A stretch of DNA of 64,000 bases from an uncultured Flavobacteriales bacterium (lineage in GTDB: Bacteria > Bacteroidota > Bacteroidia > Flavobacteriales_D > Crocinitomicaceae): positions 713,529-777,528 of the forward strand of contig CALSRW010000001.1 of assembly GCA_943788855.1 (NCBI GenBank), read 5' to 3'. Below, piece by piece: positions 60,401 through 64,000 of this stretch. The position numbers and the translations under genes are program-made. Below the pieces are notes generated by a model, which worked only from the letters and a program-made list of their open reading frames with translations, ran no database searches and was not told where the DNA came from. Numbering within the stretch: the first letter of the stretch is position 1; each line of letters opens with the position of its first letter.

Positions 60401-62563
60401 ATTAACACAAATCTTCCTGGTAATTATTATGCGGTTGTGAATGGCACTTACTCCGGAAATGGCCCATGTGAAAATAGAGACGGTGCTTATTGGTTTTACC
60501 AAGGATGTAATAATATCACCCCTATTGAAGCCTACCCTTGGCAATGGAATGGTCAAAGCCCCACCACACAATCAACCACTCCTTATGGATATAATGCAAA
60601 TCACAGCTACAATTTTTTCTTTGCAGGAGGTTCATCGCAGACATTTTCCTTTTCTGAAAACAATCCAAATTGGTACAATGACAATTCGGGAAGTTTAACT
60701 TTTGATATTTATTATTTGGGAGACATTTCATGGTCAACAGGATCGACAGAAGCTTCCGATACAATTTTTCCACCCGTTGGATCAAATACCTACACGGTAA
60801 CCTTGGATTATGGTAATGGTTGTGTTGCAACAGATGATGTAACTATAGATGTTGACCCTTTGGTTACACCCACATTTAATCAATTGGGTCCTTTTTGTGA
60901 AAATAGCCCGACCGTTGAAACACTCCCAACTACATCCAACGAGGGAATAACAGGAACATGGAATACTGTAAACGTAGATATGACTTCCGCGGGAAGCACG
61001 ACATATACCTTTACAAGTGACATTTCACAGTGTGCATTAAATACGACAATGGATATTATTATTGAGGCAGCTCCAATTGTAAGTATTACGAACAACACGG
61101 GAAGCACAGAGCTTACATGTGTACTTATTGATATTAACCTCACTGCAACAGGAGCAGTTACCTATAGTTGGGATAACGGTTTAGGAATTAATGACAATGT
61201 AATTATTAATGCTCCCGGAACTTATACGGTTACGGGATTAAGTTTAAACGGTTGCGAATCTTCTTCGCTAATAGTGATTACGGAACAAAATACTGTAGAT
61301 ATAATTGCAACCTTAGCTGAAGGTGAAATATGTAGCGGTGAAGATGCAGTTATAAGTGTTTCAAGTACAAACGCTACCAGTTTTGATTGGACGATTGTAG
61401 AAAACGGAGTTTCGGGAGCAACTCCTGGCTCAGGAATAAATGCCCCGGGCTTAGATATTTCTCAAGCCTTAATAGCCACGGGAGCTAATCCAGGCGCTGT
61501 TGAATATACCATTACGCCTATTCTTGGTACCTGCACTGGAACACCTCAATCTGTTACAGTAACCGTTACTCCACCTGTAGTTCCTTCTTTTATCAGTTTA
61601 GGGCCCTATTGCTTTGATCAATCAACGGCTGACATATTAGCACCAATTTCAACCGATAATATTTCAGGAACATGGAGTCCAAATTCAATTAACACGTCAG
61701 CCTTAGGCTCATCTACTTATGATTTTACTCCCGATGTAGGAGAGTGCGCAACAAGTACAGCGATGGAAATTATTGTAAACTCTCTACCGGTTGTAGCATT
61801 TTCTGCCGATAACATAGAGGGGTGTGCCCCACTAACAAGTTCTTTAACAGGAGGAAGTGCTACAGGAAACAATATTTGGACAATAGGAAATGGTGAAATT
61901 TTAAATGGAACCAATGTAAATACAACATTTACCCTTCCAGGGTGCTATGATGTTACCCTATTCGTTGAAGAAAACGGTTGTTCAAACACAATGACCATAA
62001 CTGATTATATCTGTGTTCAAAACGATCCGATAGCGGCATTTACTTTTAACCCTCAAACATTTACGGATGTCAATCAAGAGGTCACGTTTAGTAATAATAG
62101 CCAAGGAGCGACAAATTATACTTGGGAGTTTGGAGAGGGATCAACAAGTGAATCAACAAACCCGTCACATACCTATTTTAATACAGAGGATGGGGTTGTA
62201 ATAACCCTTACCGCAACTAGTGAATTTGGATGTACGCATACAGTAGACCATTTTATACCTTACGATGAACAAGAAATTTACTATATTCCAAACACGTTTA
62301 CTCCTGATGGAGATAATTTTAATCAGGTTTTCAGCCCCGTTTTTTACTCTGGATTTGATCCGTATAATTTTTCCATGTTGATTTTTAATAGGTGGGGAGA
62401 AGTCGTTTTTGAAACACACAATGCCGAAGTTGGGTGGGACGGCAGTTTTGGACCTAGTGTTGGTCTTGTTGCAGATGGTATGTATACTTGGAAAATAACC
62501 TATAAAAATCCACAAACAGACGAAAGAAAAATTCTTATAGGCCACGTGTTGGTTTTAAGATAG
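57416..62563 (+). CDS. Giant (1715 aa) cell-surface adhesin-like protein with T9SS type-B (gliding-motility-associated CHU_C-like) C-terminal domain
   Basis: Signal peptide, a Cys-rich N-domain, HYR-like modules, three ~70-aa GP-x-C...GTWSP repeats and a PKD domain (TFSNNSQGATNYTWEFGEG). The C-terminus reads YIPNTFTPDGDNFNQVF...FNRWGEVVFE...GWDG...DGMYTWKI. Confidence 0.85.
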   Translation: MNKKVVVFIVGFFQALIVFSQSGGVDCNNLEPICTDVGISFTASSGLPDASTTNPGNNYDCLISQPNPTWYYLEISNSGDVQMNLSANSDIDYIIWGPFNSLAEAEANCGAYNNVADCSFSFTNNETPQILGAVTGQVYVMLVTNYANVVQNISLTQSGGSGNTDCTIVNPPTANCPEYATQASSTTEACGNQQYYLEVLNTACNGFVTFNVVGNYGSSFASEITWEVVSNQTGAAVASGGPGINGGAINVVVGPLDPAVHGTIFNLLVYDSWGDGFNGTGGIIQTTSSSGTVLAEIDGDFGSQSNQYFTAGIDISSATINITTPSGVVSTTMGNCQDFNVELTLENNNFCTPINVDLPWEIICDATGAIISNGTHTITVYPQVPTQSSEVVSISWDAANCSWDVSANNDCDLLDIGTLFSISPDPSTIAPYCSSGSENFTIDYLGFVAGPNCCQTAGPLTPITYDTTLNTTSFTAQDAYAGTNNAGYAVVSANGIGGNAQSIVVDITGNGYCCPNCSASPEPYYVDVYIDGVQVLFEGPLTNTSFSYSFNEGDLNAFGVTYNQSSIIEVYVLPNNFWYGTPQIFTTFIPGGNCGSLGAGQWTMSNLITNVSAVFEQQTATAVSCSYPLIENYTCCSPNMVLPPNESSSVSCDQDIYLPVPPTINDNCGAVISPTMSENATPACVGDKVYTFTYMDCTGATSDWTYTFHVNDNIPPTASNPSNITIALAPAPAPDINLVIDEADNCTSNPTVTFISDISDGNACPETITRTYSVTDDCGNETLVSQLIIIGGASIPDPAVSANGPICEGDDAVFTITGLIDAIVTYDTGSGPNTVTLIGGSATVTISGVMSSTTITLTNISEGTCNSTINLSATTVVNTQLTPTFDPLGPYCQTGGVDPLLTSSIEGYTGTWSPSVVDNSTSGTSAYTFTPNPGQCVSNTTMDIVITDAPFVIAAALDSTLCEGDSTVLFIDTLSGGLLVEQFTMTFGSAFAYSTINTNLPGNYYAVVNGTYSGNGPCENRDGAYWFYQGCNNITPIEAYPWQWNGQSPTTQSTTPYGYNANHSYNFFFAGGSSQTFSFSENNPNWYNDNSGSLTFDIYYLGDISWSTGSTEASDTIFPPVGSNTYTVTLDYGNGCVATDDVTIDVDPLVTPTFNQLGPFCENSPTVETLPTTSNEGITGTWNTVNVDMTSAGSTTYTFTSDISQCALNTTMDIIIEAAPIVSITNNTGSTELTCVLIDINLTATGAVTYSWDNGLGINDNVIINAPGTYTVTGLSLNGCESSSLIVITEQNTVDIIATLAEGEICSGEDAVISVSSTNATSFDWTIVENGVSGATPGSGINAPGLDISQALIATGANPGAVEYTITPILGTCTGTPQSVTVTVTPPVVPSFISLGPYCFDQSTADILAPISTDNISGTWSPNSINTSALGSSTYDFTPDVGECATSTAMEIIVNSLPVVAFSADNIEGCAPLTSSLTGGSATGNNIWTIGNGEILNGTNVNTTFTLPGCYDVTLFVEENGCSNTMTITDYICVQNDPIAAFTFNPQTFTDVNQEVTFSNNSQGATNYTWEFGEGSTSESTNPSHTYFNTEDGVVITLTATSEFGCTHTVDHFIPYDEQEIYYIPNTFTPDGDNFNQVFSPVFYSGFDPYNFSMLIFNRWGEVVFETHNAEVGWDGSFGPSVGLVADGMYTWKITYKNPQTDERKILIGHVLVLR

Positions 62564-62755
62564 CTGCGTTTTTATATTTTCAAAGTGATCGGGTGTTTCC
62601 GCTTTAACTTTAAATAGAAATCAAATTTTGTATTGTTTAATTTTAGCATTAATTTCACGCTAACTTTAAAACTCAAACTAGAACATTCGTTTTAAGCAAC
62701 CTATTATTTATAACGGCGTCTTTTAATTACGCTAATTCTAACAAAAACATTGTAA

Positions 62756-63244
62756 GTGAAACAAAACCTCTACTTCATTGTGCTACTTTTCATCTCTCAT
62801 CACACATATAGCACCGCACAAGTTAAATCCAACCAAAATAATAACACCAAGACTACAGAACTAGAGAGCACAAGGCAAGAAGTTCCTAGTGCTTCTTCGC
62901 AGGGTAATTTTGTTCGTGTTTCAGGCTGGGATGAAAACCATTCAAATGAAAACGCAATAGAACTTCCTATACAAAAAGTCAAAAACGTTGCTCCTCATGG
63001 GGGGGGACAAATCGCAGAGTCATCGCTTCTAAAAGAAATATCAAATTCATATTGGAGAACACAGACAGAAATAAAAACAGCAAAATCACAAAACAACTTG
63101 GTTTTATTGGAGGAGCTTGAGACAAACTCTTTGTCCTTCCGAATGAACTATGTTTCCTTGTACGAAACTCTAGACGCTTCAATGGTTGGCGTAGAACAGG
63201 TAAAGCTATATTATTCATTCAAAAAAGATTTTGACAATGAATAG
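62756..63244 (+). CDS. Small secreted protein (hypothetical), translationally coupled to the next large secreted protein
   Basis: GTG start, a hydrophobic leader ending STAQ, an N/Q/T-rich linker and a helical C-half. Its TAG stop overlaps the next ATG (ATGAATAG). Confidence 0.45.
   Translation: MKQNLYFIVLLFISHHTYSTAQVKSNQNNNTKTTELESTRQEVPSASSQGNFVRVSGWDENHSNENAIELPIQKVKNVAPHGGGQIAESSLLKEISNSYWRTQTEIKTAKSQNNLVLLEELETNSLSFRMNYVSLYETLDASMVGVEQVKLYYSFKKDFDNE
62999..63006 (+). repeat. G8 homopolymer inside the small-protein coding sequence
   Basis: The codons cat ggg ggg gga caa encode HGGGQ, giving eight consecutive G. Confidence 0.9.
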
Positions 63245-64000
63245 TTTTAGAATTAAAGGAGCTTTTATAATTGCCATTTGTTTATTTTTTTGTCAAAACA
63301 TTTACAGTCAGGGAGATATTTGTTCTTCAGCAACAACACTAACTCCAGGAACGACATGCACATATACAACAGTCGATAATTTTGGTTTTACTGTTCAAGA
63401 TTTAAATAATGGGACCTGCACGGGAAACCTAAACGATGATGTATATTTTCAATTCACTGCAACCGAGCCAACAATGACGGTTAATGTTGATGGCTCAGGT
63501 TCTTTTGATGCTGTTTTGGGTGTTTTTGGAGGAACATGTGCCGCATTAGTTCAGGAAGGACCATGTATTGATAATACAGGGAATGGAGGAATCGAAACAC
63601 AAACGTTCTACGGACTAACTGTCGGCCAAACCTATTATATTCTTGTTTATGATTGGGGCTCAGATATTCCTGCAACCACTACTTTTGATATTTGTGTTTA
63701 TGAAACTTGTCCAGGTGGAGTTCCTAATGATTTATGCGTCAACGCTACGGGATTAACATTAGGAGTGGTTGAAAGCACAAATAACATCTGTGCATCACCA
63801 AATACTGATGACCCAGACCCTGCAGACATATGTGCTACTACTATTGAAAATACGGTTTGGTACGAATTTACGCCCACAGACACCGATCAATATACGGCGA
63901 CAATATCTAATTTTAGTTGTCTATATACGATTGGTCTTCAAATGGCTGTCGTTTCAGGCTCCTGTGGTGGGCCATATACTCCTGTGGATTGTGATGCAGG
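63237..64000 (+). CDS. Large secreted protein, N-terminal part (3' end outside window); repeated Cys-containing beta-sandwich-like modules
   Basis: Not in the track because no stop falls within the window. My translation is MNSFRIKGAFIIAICLFFCQNIYSQGDICSSATTLTPGTTCTYTT...DDVYFQFTATEP...FDAVLGVFGGTC...QTYYILVYDWG, followed by a second similar module, NDLCVNATGLTLG...TVWYEFTPTD.... Confidence 0.65.
   Translation, partial: MNSFRIKGAFIIAICLFFCQNIYSQGDICSSATTLTPGTTCTYTTVDNFGFTVQDLNNGTCTGNLNDDVYFQFTATEPTMTVNVDGSGSFDAVLGVFGGTCAALVQEGPCIDNTGNGGIETQTFYGLTVGQTYYILVYDWGSDIPATTTFDICVYETCPGGVPNDLCVNATGLTLGVVESTNNICASPNTDDPDPADICATTIENTVWYEFTPTDTDQYTATISNFSCLYTIGLQMAVVSGSCGGPYTPVDCDA

Noticed and set aside
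533-62982. The many 60-126-aa ORFs in the supplied track that lie inside or opposite larger genes (for example 533-718, 10911-11264, 25023-25355, 43001-43198, 55620-55889, 62165-62545).
   Set aside because: All overlap long ORFs that have clear family motifs. None shows a recognisable motif, a signal peptide with sensible context, or its own intergenic space.
1-64000. A search by eye for tRNA or rRNA genes, CRISPR repeats, transposases or integrases, inverted terminal repeats, and defence or toxin-antitoxin modules.
   Set aside because: I found none. There is no GGTTCGAATCC-type T-arm, no regularly spaced direct repeats, and no ORF with recombinase, RT, nuclease-helicase or small TA-pair features. 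A covariance-model scan would be needed to exclude small RNAs.

Overview
Low-GC segment (roughly mid-30s % by eye, not computed) of a Bacteroidota chromosome, most likely Flavobacteriales. Supporting signs are at least six secreted proteins with T9SS type-A or type-B C-terminal sorting domains, TAnnTTTG-like promoter boxes and little Shine-Dalgarno signal. The content is mostly core housekeeping. It includes cysQ (tail), rluF, mutS2, ispG, udk, hemW, rpiB, ybeY, mnmG, cvpA, tadA, recO, recX, rng, hup, mutY and pdxA, plus a conserved yceD-rpmF-plsX-fabH-accB-accC lipid-synthesis block. Interspersed are secreted proteases, a phosphoesterase, adhesins, a TonB-dependent receptor and several hypothetical envelope proteins. 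By eye I found no rRNA, tRNA, CRISPR array, transposase, integrase or recognisable defence or toxin module, and no convincing new multi-gene system. Seven observations seem most worth a second look. (1) Gene breakage is unusually dense: three long genes each carry a single frameshift, there is one clear ECF-sigma relic, and there are two weaker relics, with a decay hotspot at 15.6-18.2 kb. (2) A 409-bp intergenic region of about 12-15 % GC at 32.2-32.6 kb carries a perfect DnaA box, TGTTAAT iterons and divergent transcription, and lies 4 kb from mnmG/gidA, so it is a candidate oriC or complex control region. (3) Three TCACGTGA-centred palindromes bracket the ybeY-mnmG junction. (4) Two cassettes each pair a small signal-peptide protein with a tightly coupled giant T9SS adhesin, and one of the small genes contains a G8 tract. 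(5) Three poly-G tracts of 8 nt or more occur in an AT-rich window. (6) Five of eight convergent gene pairs overlap at their 3' ends. (7) An unannotated 30-aa, highly basic bS22-like ORF is missing from the ORF track. All family names come from motif recognition by eye, and no database search was possible.
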